Under the pieces are notes generated by a model that saw nothing but the letters and a program-made list of their open reading frames with translations, was not told where the DNA came from and searched no databases. DNA of 35,558 bases from NCBI GenBank assembly GCA_964385825.1, contig CAYLPX010000003.1:1-35558 (forward strand), written 5' to 3'. The position numbers were made by a program, and so were the translations under genes. This DNA is from an uncultured Candidatus Saccharibacteria bacterium (lineage in GTDB: Bacteria > Patescibacteriota > Minisyncoccia > Phycocordibacterales > JAKFXT01). This document shows, piece by piece, positions 1-7,303 of this stretch; the stretch's first letter is position 1, and every line of letters begins with the position of its first letter.

Positions 1-1507
1 TGTTGGTGGTACCGAGTGTTGCAGCGGTGGCGAAGAGGTTGGTTGATGAAGCGGTTGAAGCAAAAGAAGAAGTTGTTGTTGAATTAGTCGTAGTACTATT
101 AAGACCAGTAAAATTTTGAAGGGTTGATGAACTGGTTACCAAAAGGTTGGTTGGGGTAAAAGATGATGCAAAAAGACTAGTGAAATTTCCGGTTGTTGCA
201 AAAAGAGAGGTCGCGGTGGCGTTAGTAGTTGTATTATTTAAACCAGTAAAGTTCTGAAGGGTTGATGATCCAGACGACAACAGATTGGCTGCTGTTACTG
301 AACCAAGGGTGCTATTGCCAGCATTAAGGACTGTAGCGAAAAGATTAGTTGAAGAAGCAGTGGTTGCAAAGAAATTGGTGGAAGTTGAGTTTGTTGTAGT
401 GCTATTTAGAGCGGTAAAATTCTGAAGTGTTGTTGAGGAAAGGGCGATAAGCTGTCTAAAACTTGAAACCGCAGTTGTTGAAGTGGCTGTAAAATACGAA
501 CTTACAACCTCACCCACAACAGAAAGTTTGGCATAGGGACTCGTAGTACCGATACCAACATTCCCTGAAAAATAACTTCCTCCCTGAACTTCCAAGGTTT
601 GAGTTGAAGTGGTTGAAAGTCCGCCTATTAAAACCTGGTTTGTTGTGGTAGAAACTCTGATTCCAGAGTTGTTAAAGAATGTCCAGTTCACATCAGTTCC
701 ACCCGAACCTCCGCTGTTGTCATTTGCACAAGTAAGATTACCGGAAGCATCAGTTGTTACCTTGCCACCGTTACTAAACAATGTGCAGTTAAGCGAGCTT
801 ACTGTTACTCCCCCACTTGAAGAAACTGCAAAAAGATTAGTTCCAGCATTATTTTGAATATTTAAAAGGTTGGCGCTTTGCCCGAGTGAAGCACGGATAG
901 CTAATGCAACAGAGTTGGTAGAAGTAGCTTCAATGGTTACTTGAGTACTACCAATCGGTGTTGTTGTTCCAAAAGATGAAGGAGTAGATGTACCAGAAAC
1001 AGCCCCAGCTAATTCTGCAAAGCTAGCACTACCTATACGTTGGCGAGGAGCAAGTGTTTCGAAAGTAACGTTGTTGCTTGATACTTCCACCTGAAGATAA
1101 ATATCTCGGTTAGTATTGAAATCATAATCAAGAGCGTCAGGATACCCATTTGCAGTATCGCCAAGATTTACATTAAACACTCCTTCACGAACAGTTGAAG
1201 TAGTAACTCCTGGGGCACTTGTTGGCCAAAGTTTAGTTCCAGAGCCTACTGTTGGATTGTTCCAAATAGAAAATTTGAAGTAGTACGAAGTACCACTTCC
1301 CCCTAGGAGATTACCAGAAGCATCATAGAGACGCCCTTGGTAACTAATAATTTTAGGGGTACCAGACGCAGCCAAAACCGCCGCTTGAGGAAAAAGTGAC
1401 GTAAACGTAACAAGAATAGTTAAAGTAAGTGAAGAGACAGTACGCAAAAACTGCTTTTTTTTCTTCTGTTTTCCTTCCTCAAAATTAAACAAAAACGCCG
1501 GTTTCAT
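1..1507 (-). CDS. Large secreted tail-fibre-like repeat protein; N-terminal part only, the 3' end runs off the left edge
   Basis: Not in the supplied track because it is open at the window edge. I hand-translated the minus strand from the ATG at 1507 down to about nt 420 with no stop, and the track lists no stop-bounded minus ORF in 1..1616. It starts MKPAFLFNFEEGKQKKKKQFLRTVSSLTLTILVTFTSLFPQAAVLAASG (signal/anchor-like). It contains GNVGIGTTSPYAKLSVVG and then S/T/N-rich repeats (SSTLQNFTGLNSTTTN...NLFA). A TAAAAT -10-like box lies 10 nt upstream of the ATG. Confidence 0.65.
   Translation of the reverse strand, partial: MKPAFLFNFEEGKQKKKKQFLRTVSSLTLTILVTFTSLFPQAAVLAASGTPKIISYQGRLYDASGNLLGGSGTSYYFKFSIWNNPTVGSGTKLWPTSAPGVTTSTVREGVFNVNLGDTANGYPDALDYDFNTNRDIYLQVEVSSNNVTFETLAPRQRIGSASFAELAGAVSGTSTPSSFGTTTPIGSTQVTIEATSTNSVALAIRASLGQSANLLNIQNNAGTNLFAVSSSGGVTVSSLNCTLFSNGGKVTTDASGNLTCANDNSGGSGGTDVNWTFFNNSGIRVSTTTNQVLIGGLSTTSTQTLEVQGGSYFSGNVGIGTTSPYAKLSVVGEVVSSYFTATSTTAVSSFRQLIALSSTTLQNFTALNSTTTNSTSTNFFATTASSTNLFATVLNAGNSTLGSVTAANLLSSGSSTLQNFTGLNNTTTNATATSLFATTGNFTSLFASSFTPTNLLVTSSSTLQNFTGLNSTTTNSTTTSSFASTASSTNLFATAATLGTTN
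95..445 (-). repeat. Degenerate in-frame coding repeats (about 46-56 aa units) inside the tail-fibre-like CDS
   Basis: The plus-strand motif ccagtaaaattttgaagggttgatga recurs near 100-130, 241-270 and 411-440, encoding S(S/T)TLQNFT(G/A)LN. Confidence 0.6.
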
Positions 1508-1616
1508 CCTGCGTTCTATTTTACCAGAAAACCCTTATTTCTCTTGTGGAAAACGCATATTTTTTATCTTAAAAAAGATGAGTTATCCACTTGTATTTTT
1601 TAGATATGTATGACCA

Positions 1617-3872
1617 CTATTTCGCTACCGCAACTGCTTCATCAAATTTAACGGAAAGAAGTTTAGAATACCCTTCGGATCCCATCGTTACCCCATAAAG
1701 AATCCCTGCCCGACTCATGGTCTCACGGTTGTGAGTAATAACGATTAATTGGCTATACTTAGCCAAATTTTCAATCATATCACCGTATTTTCGAGAATTA
1801 GCTTCATCAAGTGCCGCATCAGTTTCATCCAATATGATAAATGGAGGTGGATTTACTTGAGAAATTGCAAACAAAAGGGCAATTGAGGTAAGTGCACGCT
1901 CCCCTCCTGAAAGCATGGAAAGCCCCTTAACCCTTTTATTCGGCAATGACACGTTAATATCGACACCATCTTCAGTTTCAGTATCTTCTTCCTCGCTCCC
2001 CTCTCCATCTAACTCAGCAAATTCATCCTTATTTTTACGCTTAATTTTCTTTTCTGCGAGTACAAAAAGTGAAGCAGAGCCGCCACCAAACATAAGGGTA
2101 AAAAACTTTCCAAACTCGATGTTTATCTTCTCGATTCCATTTTTAAATTCAATTTCAAGTTTAGTTTGTAGTTCAGTAATAAGTCCGAGCAATGTCTCCT
2201 TAGCGGCTGACAAATCAGCAATTTCTCGTGCCAAAAACTGATCACGCTCCAAGACCTCGTCATACTCCTTTTTAACCTCCTCACCCCCTGCTCCACCTGC
2301 TTCCTCAAGGCGAATTTTCATCTTTTCGAGTCTTTTACGCCGAGTCTCCTGCTCAAGACGAGGTTCGCCCAGGACTTCATCACCTAAACTGTCGTACCGA
2401 ATGGCCGCGAGCCCAACAAGTGCCTGCGCTTCACTAAGTTCAGCTTTAAAAGCTGCTTCTTCCCTCTCTAGCTGCTCTTCTTCACTTTTTAACTGAAAAA
2501 GGATTGCATTAAGCTCTGTACGACGATTCATCATGGCAAAAAGCTCGCGTTCAGCCAGACGCCCACGTGAATTTTCCTCCTCGCGCATCTTACGAAAAGC
2601 CTCATAAGCCTCCCTTTTCTTGCGTACTTCAGCCACCGCTTCATCAAGCTCCTTGGCATACTGATGACGATCTGCTTCTAACTTTTTTAAATCATGTTCA
2701 ATTTCACTACTCGCATCGTGGGCAACACCAACATTCTTTTTTTCAGAAATAAAATGTGCGAGGGAATCAACTATGCGTACAATAATTGCTCGCAAAAACC
2801 CCGGATTATCATTTTCGGACCCGCTTTCCCCCACCTTACGTATGTCTTCATGCAATGCCTCGAGGTCTGCCAATGAAACTGACGCCGTAAACGAGCTTGT
2901 TGCTTGATGTTTTGCCCGCTCAAATGCACGAGTAAGTGCCATTTTCTCACCTTCCAATCGACTAAGTTTCCCCTGCACAAGCCTTTCTGCTTCTTCAGCA
3001 CTTTGAAGCTCTTTTTCAATAATTAAAATCTCATGTCCCTTAGTATCACTCCCTTCAGTTTCTTCTATCAACTTTTTAGCCTGCTCTATATTTTTTTCGA
3101 CATGATGAAACTCGGCTAAGGGCCCATTTCGCCGTTCTGCTCCTGCTTTTTTTGCAGTATGTAGGTACTTTTCTTCACGTGCCAAATACTCACGATATAG
3201 TGCTACAAGTTCCTCGCGCAAACTCTCAACTCGCTTCACTTTTTCAACCTGCTTTTCTAGGAATTTTATATGCGGCGCAATTTCTCGTCGCAGCGACTCA
3301 ACCTGCTTAATGTTTTCAGCAGTTTTTTCCAGTTTTCGCTCACTTTCTTCACGTTTATACTGATACACCTTAAGCCCAAGAGCATCTTCAATCATGCTCC
3401 GACGCTCCCGGATTGACGCATTCAAGATACGATCAGCTTCACCCTGTGAAATAATGTGATGGCCCGAAGCCCCAATGTTTGCAGAAGCTAAAAGTTCTAC
3501 AATATCGCGGAGTCGCACCTGCGACCCATTAATCAAATACTCGTTCACCGAATCACGATGGACGGCACGCTCCAATACCACTTCATCAAAATCAATATTG
3601 AAAATTCGACTCGTATTATCAAACGTAAGCCGGACGCTAGCCCGATTCATTTTTGGCAAATTTTTACCCCCATTGAAAATGAGATCTTCTCCGCGCTTCC
3701 CGCGCATGCTTTTCATAGACTGCTCTCCCAGAACAAAGCGAAAAGCTTCAGCTACATTGCTTTTACCTGAACCATTTGGACCAACAATAGAAACTATGGG
3801 GGCGCTAAACTCGAGATCACCCTTCTTGGCGAACGACTTAAATCCATTGATCTCAAGGCGCTTTAAATACAT
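1617..3872 (-). CDS. smc: SMC-family chromosome segregation ATPase, unusually short (751 aa)
   Basis: N-terminal head: MYLKRLEINGFKSFA...GPNGSGKSN (Walker A). C-terminal head: LSGGERALTSIALLFA (signature motif) and FIILDETDAALD (Walker B). The middle is heptad-rich and charged. The rnc-smc gene order is conserved. Confidence 0.85.
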   Translation of the reverse strand: MYLKRLEINGFKSFAKKGDLEFSAPIVSIVGPNGSGKSNVAEAFRFVLGEQSMKSMRGKRGEDLIFNGGKNLPKMNRASVRLTFDNTSRIFNIDFDEVVLERAVHRDSVNEYLINGSQVRLRDIVELLASANIGASGHHIISQGEADRILNASIRERRSMIEDALGLKVYQYKREESERKLEKTAENIKQVESLRREIAPHIKFLEKQVEKVKRVESLREELVALYREYLAREEKYLHTAKKAGAERRNGPLAEFHHVEKNIEQAKKLIEETEGSDTKGHEILIIEKELQSAEEAERLVQGKLSRLEGEKMALTRAFERAKHQATSSFTASVSLADLEALHEDIRKVGESGSENDNPGFLRAIIVRIVDSLAHFISEKKNVGVAHDASSEIEHDLKKLEADRHQYAKELDEAVAEVRKKREAYEAFRKMREEENSRGRLAERELFAMMNRRTELNAILFQLKSEEEQLEREEAAFKAELSEAQALVGLAAIRYDSLGDEVLGEPRLEQETRRKRLEKMKIRLEEAGGAGGEEVKKEYDEVLERDQFLAREIADLSAAKETLLGLITELQTKLEIEFKNGIEKINIEFGKFFTLMFGGGSASLFVLAEKKIKRKNKDEFAELDGEGSEEEDTETEDGVDINVSLPNKRVKGLSMLSGGERALTSIALLFAISQVNPPPFIILDETDAALDEANSRKYGDMIENLAKYSQLIVITHNRETMSRAGILYGVTMGSEGYSKLLSVKFDEAVAVAK

Positions 3873-4082
3873 AAATTGTGGCTAATTATAACAAATTAAG
3901 CCGACTATACCTACTTTCAAAATAAAAAATTGGGTAAAGGTTCTGTCCAAAAAGCTTCGCTTTTTGGACAAGACAGGCACTTTGTCTTCCTCGCTCAAAT
4001 ATAAAATTATGAGCACAAAGCAACCAAAAACCATTCCCCTTCGCGCGAATATTCCCGCGTACATGCGGGGAAGAACTTGTTT

Positions 4083-4117
4083 CCAAAAGAAAAACGCTGG
4101 GCTTTCGCTCGCGTTTT
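4083..4117 (-). terminator. Probable intrinsic terminator downstream of rnc
   Basis: Minus strand reads AAAACGCGAGCGAAAGCCCAGCGTTTTTCTTTTGG: an imperfect GC stem followed by a T-run. Confidence 0.45.
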
Positions 4118-4181
4118 CTTTATTCAGCTAAGATACAGTTTACAGCAAAAAAAATTTAAAGCAATGTGGACAATAAAAAAA

Positions 4182-4877
4182 TTATAACCACTCTTTCTTC
4201 TCAAGTGCCCGTCGTGCTGCATTTTGTTCAGCCTCTTGCTTACTACGCCCCTCCCCGCCTGAAATAAGCTCTGAGCCCAAAAATACGCCAACTTTAAAAC
4301 ACTTGTCATGATCTGGACCCACTTCTTCTACGGTCTTATATATCGGCGTTACCCCAGCATGCTCCTGTGCCTTTTCCTGAAAATGGCTTTTAGCATCGAG
4401 CCATAATTTCTGCTCCACAATAGTCTCTGTAAGCGGAAACACATACGTAGCTATAAATTTTGCTGCCGTATCATACCCAAGATCAATAAAAAGTGCCCCC
4501 ACAATAGACTCAAAGGTGTTAGCAAGGATAGCATCGCGAGCTCGCCCCACATCTTTTGCCTCCCCCTTAGAGAGCAGCAAATAATTATTTACTTCCAGAG
4601 TACGCGATACTTCAGCAAGAGTCACCGCATTCACTAACGCAGCTCGATAAGCCGTTAAGTCTCCCTCATTCTTTTCAGGATATTTTTCAAAAAGAAACTT
4701 GGTTACCACAAGCTCGAGCACAGCATCACCCAAAAATTCAAGTCTCTCATTATGTGAAAGACCATTCTTTTTATTTTCATTAATAAACGAGCGATGGGTA
4801 AAAGCCTGCTCAAGCAGCTTTTTATTATTGAAAGAAACCCCGATTTTTTTCTCGAATTCGTCAAATTTCGGCATCAT
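4182..4877 (-). CDS. rnc: Ribonuclease III
   Basis: RNase III signature NERLEFLGDAVLELVV, plus a C-terminal dsRBD-like segment (GPDHDKCFKVGVFL...GGEGRSKQEAEQNAARRAL). Confidence 0.9.
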   Translation of the reverse strand: MMPKFDEFEKKIGVSFNNKKLLEQAFTHRSFINENKKNGLSHNERLEFLGDAVLELVVTKFLFEKYPEKNEGDLTAYRAALVNAVTLAEVSRTLEVNNYLLLSKGEAKDVGRARDAILANTFESIVGALFIDLGYDTAAKFIATYVFPLTETIVEQKLWLDAKSHFQEKAQEHAGVTPIYKTVEEVGPDHDKCFKVGVFLGSELISGGEGRSKQEAEQNAARRALEKKEWL

Positions 4878-4893
4878 ACTGACTTTACTATAA

Positions 4894-5793
4894 TTATTTT
4901 TTGAGGAGTATATCTACTGCTTTAGTAACAATGGGAAGGATATCATCATAAAAATTAAGATTGATAATATCGCTAACCTTAAACCACTGAGTATCATCAA
5001 GTCCTCCTGTTTTTTTAAGCACAACTTCCTGATGTGGAGCAGAGGCTAGGAAATAGACTACCTGTTTGCGGAGTTTACCCTTCTCTGGATCTGACGCAAT
5101 ATACTCATTGTCCCCAAGCTTTTGTTCAACAGTTATTGGCAATCCAATCTCATCATCAAGTACCCGTGCAACCCCCTTTTCCAAATCTTCATTCTCGGTT
5201 AAATGCCCCTTTGAAAGCGTCCAGTGTCCAAATATGTCATGTACGAGGGCCAAATACATATCTTCCCCCTCGCGTGCATACACCACCGCCCCCGCCAAGC
5301 GCTCTATAGGCATTTGCTCATACGGAAGATCAGCTTTTTTAAGTTTCTTTTTAGAAACTTCTTCTTTACCCGGCTCGCCTATTTCCTTGTACACAGCGCC
5401 GAGCACACCATTTACAAACTTACCAGAGTTTTCACCACCGTAACTTTTCGCAAGCTCAATAGCTTCGTTAATAGCCACTTTGGCCGGCACCTCCTTTCGA
5501 TCAGCGAACAATAGTTCAAAAAGCCCAATACGAAGTACATTCCGATCGACAATAGATATTTTTTCTATCGGCCAATCTGGAGCTGCTTTGGTAATAATAA
5601 GATCTAGTTCGTCCCGTTTCTTCAGGATATTTTCACCAAGTTGCTTCATAAAAGCACCGTCTCCCACCCCAGGAGCAAACTCAAGAGCATCGCGCTCAAT
5701 AATAGTTGGAATAGCAGAATCATCCTTTTGAGAGAAATCCCACTCAAAAAGTGCTTGTAAAACTATTGACCGTGAAAGGTGCCTGTTGGCCAT
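4894..5793 (-). CDS. nusB: NusB antitermination factor fused to a C-terminal Nudix hydrolase domain
   Basis: aa 1-135 are NusB-like (RNVLRIGLFELLF...AINEAIELAKSYGGENSGKFVNGVLG). aa 196-218, GHLTENEDLEKGVARVLDDEIGL, fit the Nudix box GX5EX7REUXEEXGU except RE->RV and EE->DE. Confidence 0.8.
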   Translation of the reverse strand: MANRHLSRSIVLQALFEWDFSQKDDSAIPTIIERDALEFAPGVGDGAFMKQLGENILKKRDELDLIITKAAPDWPIEKISIVDRNVLRIGLFELLFADRKEVPAKVAINEAIELAKSYGGENSGKFVNGVLGAVYKEIGEPGKEEVSKKKLKKADLPYEQMPIERLAGAVVYAREGEDMYLALVHDIFGHWTLSKGHLTENEDLEKGVARVLDDEIGLPITVEQKLGDNEYIASDPEKGKLRKQVVYFLASAPHQEVVLKKTGGLDDTQWFKVSDIINLNFYDDILPIVTKAVDILLKK

Positions 5794-5946
5794 TGGTGTT
5801 TAATGAACTGTGTCCAAAAGGACAAGGTAACTAAGTACGTACTAAAACTTAGACTAGAAAGAATTTCTGGAAAATAGTGAGCTAGTTCCCACACTAGACT
5901 CTCATACTTTGCTGAAACTCCCTCCTGAAAACCTTACTACTCAAGA

Positions 5947-6174
5947 TTACTTAGTTGAAGCGCCAGTACGAGCCTTAGCACGTGCCTGCTTCTTTTCGGT
6001 AACCTTAACCATATCAATAACTACTCGCCCATTATACTTGCCACAGGTTGGGCAAGCACGGTGTGGGATGTGCATAGCACCACACTCACAGGTCGAAAGA
6101 CGTGGAGCAACCAAAGCATGATGGCTCCGACGGTTTGCCGTATGGGCGCGGGTGTGTCGCATTCGAACAGTCAT
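5947..6174 (-). CDS. rpmF: 50S ribosomal protein L32 (bL32), zinc-ribbon form
   Basis: The N-terminus MTVRMRHTRAHTANRRSHHAL aligns with the L32 consensus (..RRSHDAL). Cys pairs CEC...CPTC are present. Confidence 0.85.
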   Translation of the reverse strand: MTVRMRHTRAHTANRRSHHALVAPRLSTCECGAMHIPHRACPTCGKYNGRVVIDMVKVTEKKQARAKARTGASTK

Positions 6175-6181
6175 ACGGGAG

Positions 6182-6209
6182 AGTATACAAAATATAGGGT
6201 TTTTTGCAA
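6182..6209 (-). promoter_or_regulatory. Sigma70-like promoter of rpmF
   Basis: Minus strand: TTGCAA, 16-nt spacer, TATACT. The -10 ends 7 nt before the ATG and there is no SD. Confidence 0.55.
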
Positions 6210-6229
6210 GATTCCCTGAATAAAGAGGT

Positions 6230-6259
6230 AAAAAAAACGCGCCCCCAGTGGTGGGGGCG
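6230..6259 (-). terminator. Intrinsic terminator of the high-GC 94-aa ORF
   Basis: Perfect 8-bp stem CGCCCCCA/TGGGGGCG (6240-6247 / 6252-6259) with a 4-nt loop, followed on the minus strand by T8 (6230-6237). Confidence 0.75.
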
Positions 6260-6264
6260 GTCGA

Positions 6265-6549
6265 CTACTTGCCGGCCAGGATTTTCGTGGCCGCCGCAAC
6301 AGTAGTGGTACTCATGGCCTCATTGACCTTTGCGAAGGAAATCCCGCAAGGAGGCTCAAAACTTGAGCAAAAACCAGGCCTAGGATCCCTCTTCTTGATT
6401 CGCCTTTCACAGGTCTCGCTGCCATCCTTACTGCAAAGTGGGCAAAGGATCTTGTTAGGAAGTGGCCCGCGTAATGCTTTTTGCAGCTCGTAGGGGTAAA
6501 GCCTGTAGTATTCCTTGGCCCCGTCCCCGTTGGGTTCCTTGTGTGGCAT
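6265..6549 (-). CDS. Orphan Cys-rich small protein (94 aa) in high-GC cassette A
   Basis: GGAGGC SD 8 nt upstream of the ATG and its own terminator. Five Cys (CPLC..C..C..C). Line 6241-6300 counts 70% GC. I recognise no family. Confidence 0.55.
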   Translation of the reverse strand: MPHKEPNGDGAKEYYRLYPYELQKALRGPLPNKILCPLCSKDGSETCERRIKKRDPRPGFCSSFEPPCGISFAKVNEAMSTTTVAAATKILAGK

Positions 6550-6645
6550 TTCTACTGCCTCCGGTTTTTAAGAACAGCACCATTTTGCGCTGGTGATTTG
6601 GCGCCCGCCTTAATTCTTACCTGGCGATAAGGACCAACTATACCA

Positions 6646-7263
6646 CTATTTTGCCAAAAAGCTAGTACAGAAGCTCCTTCGGTGGATAACTGAAGGCCCA
6701 TACTTTTTAAGAGCCGCTCTATGCTCCGCTGTGCCATACCCTTTATGTTTTTGGAATCCATATGAGGTATATTTTACAGACTCCCTTACCATCCTCTTAT
6801 CACGCGAAACTTTGGCCACAATTGAAGCGAGTGCTATTACTAACTCCTTTTCATCCCCCTTTATAATCGTTTTCTGGTGCCTATATTCACTCGGTGCGCG
6901 CAATGACCCATCAAGTCGTATTTCACTCTTCAGGGGGCTAATTTGAAGCTTTTGGAGCCCCTTTTCTATACAACTTCTTATGGCTTTTGAAATACCTTTT
7001 GCATCTATGTACTTAGCACTTTTGTATACCACGACGTACTCTAATACCCCCTCTTTTTTAAGCTTTTTTATTTTTTGAAGCCACACCTCTCTCCCCTTTT
7101 CAGATAGTTTTTTAGAATCCTTCACTTCCCCGAAAACCTTAAACACCAAGTGTTTAAGGTTTTCGGGGAAACATACAATCCCAACAGCAACAGGACCAGC
7201 TAGTGGACCCCTTCCCACTTCATCAACCCCAACTAACATCCGTTTTATCTGCTTTTTTGCCAT
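6646..7263 (-). CDS. rnhB: Ribonuclease HII
   Basis: VGVDEVGRGPLAGPVAVG catalytic motif; typical length of 205 aa. Confidence 0.9.
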   Translation of the reverse strand: MAKKQIKRMLVGVDEVGRGPLAGPVAVGIVCFPENLKHLVFKVFGEVKDSKKLSEKGREVWLQKIKKLKKEGVLEYVVVYKSAKYIDAKGISKAIRSCIEKGLQKLQISPLKSEIRLDGSLRAPSEYRHQKTIIKGDEKELVIALASIVAKVSRDKRMVRESVKYTSYGFQKHKGYGTAEHRAALKKYGPSVIHRRSFCTSFLAK

Positions 7264-7286
7264 TTTTATCTGACCTTAATGTATGT

Positions 7287-7294
7287 AGTATACT
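7287..7294. promoter_or_regulatory. Overlapping face-to-face -10 boxes in the 40-nt rnhB/dnaE divergent spacer
   Basis: AGTATACT is palindromic. It reads TATACT on the plus strand (7289-7294, 9 nt before the dnaE ATG) and TATACT on the minus strand (7287-7292, 23 nt before the rnhB ATG). Confidence 0.45.
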
Positions 7295-7303
7295 CTAGTC
7301 ACT

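Noticed and set aside
609-857. Plus-strand 82-aa ORF, and the other antisense ORFs listed inside smc, nusB-Nudix, dnaE, gyrB, pheT and the glycan operon
   Set aside because: All lie antisense or out of frame within CDSs that have strong family motifs. They are typical shadow ORFs.
3882-4086. 60-aa and 66-aa minus-strand ORFs in the rnc-smc gap
   Set aside because: They overlap each other and the smc promoter/start region, lack initiation signals, and run through the hairpin-rich sequence. The region is better treated as non-coding.
6240-6262. A tmRNA/tRNA-like end. The minus strand reads GACCGCCCCCACCA and the plus strand reads GGGGGCGGTCGAC, which suggested that the GC-rich cassettes might be structured RNA genes (tmRNA, RNase P, SRP) standing out in an AT-rich genome
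   Set aside because: No T-arm (GGTTCGA-type) precedes the CCACCA, and no complementary acceptor strand exists at the other end. I saw no RNase P (GGAAAGTCC, ACAGAA..CGGCTTA) or 4.5S motifs in any cassette. The hairpin plus T8 is fully explained as the terminator of an SD-preceded ORF. An Rfam scan would settle it.
6552-6761. 69-aa minus-strand ORF overlapping the 3' end of rnhB
   Set aside because: It overlaps rnhB out of frame, has no SD or promoter, and its product is not protein-like. The rnhB frame has clear RNase HII motifs.
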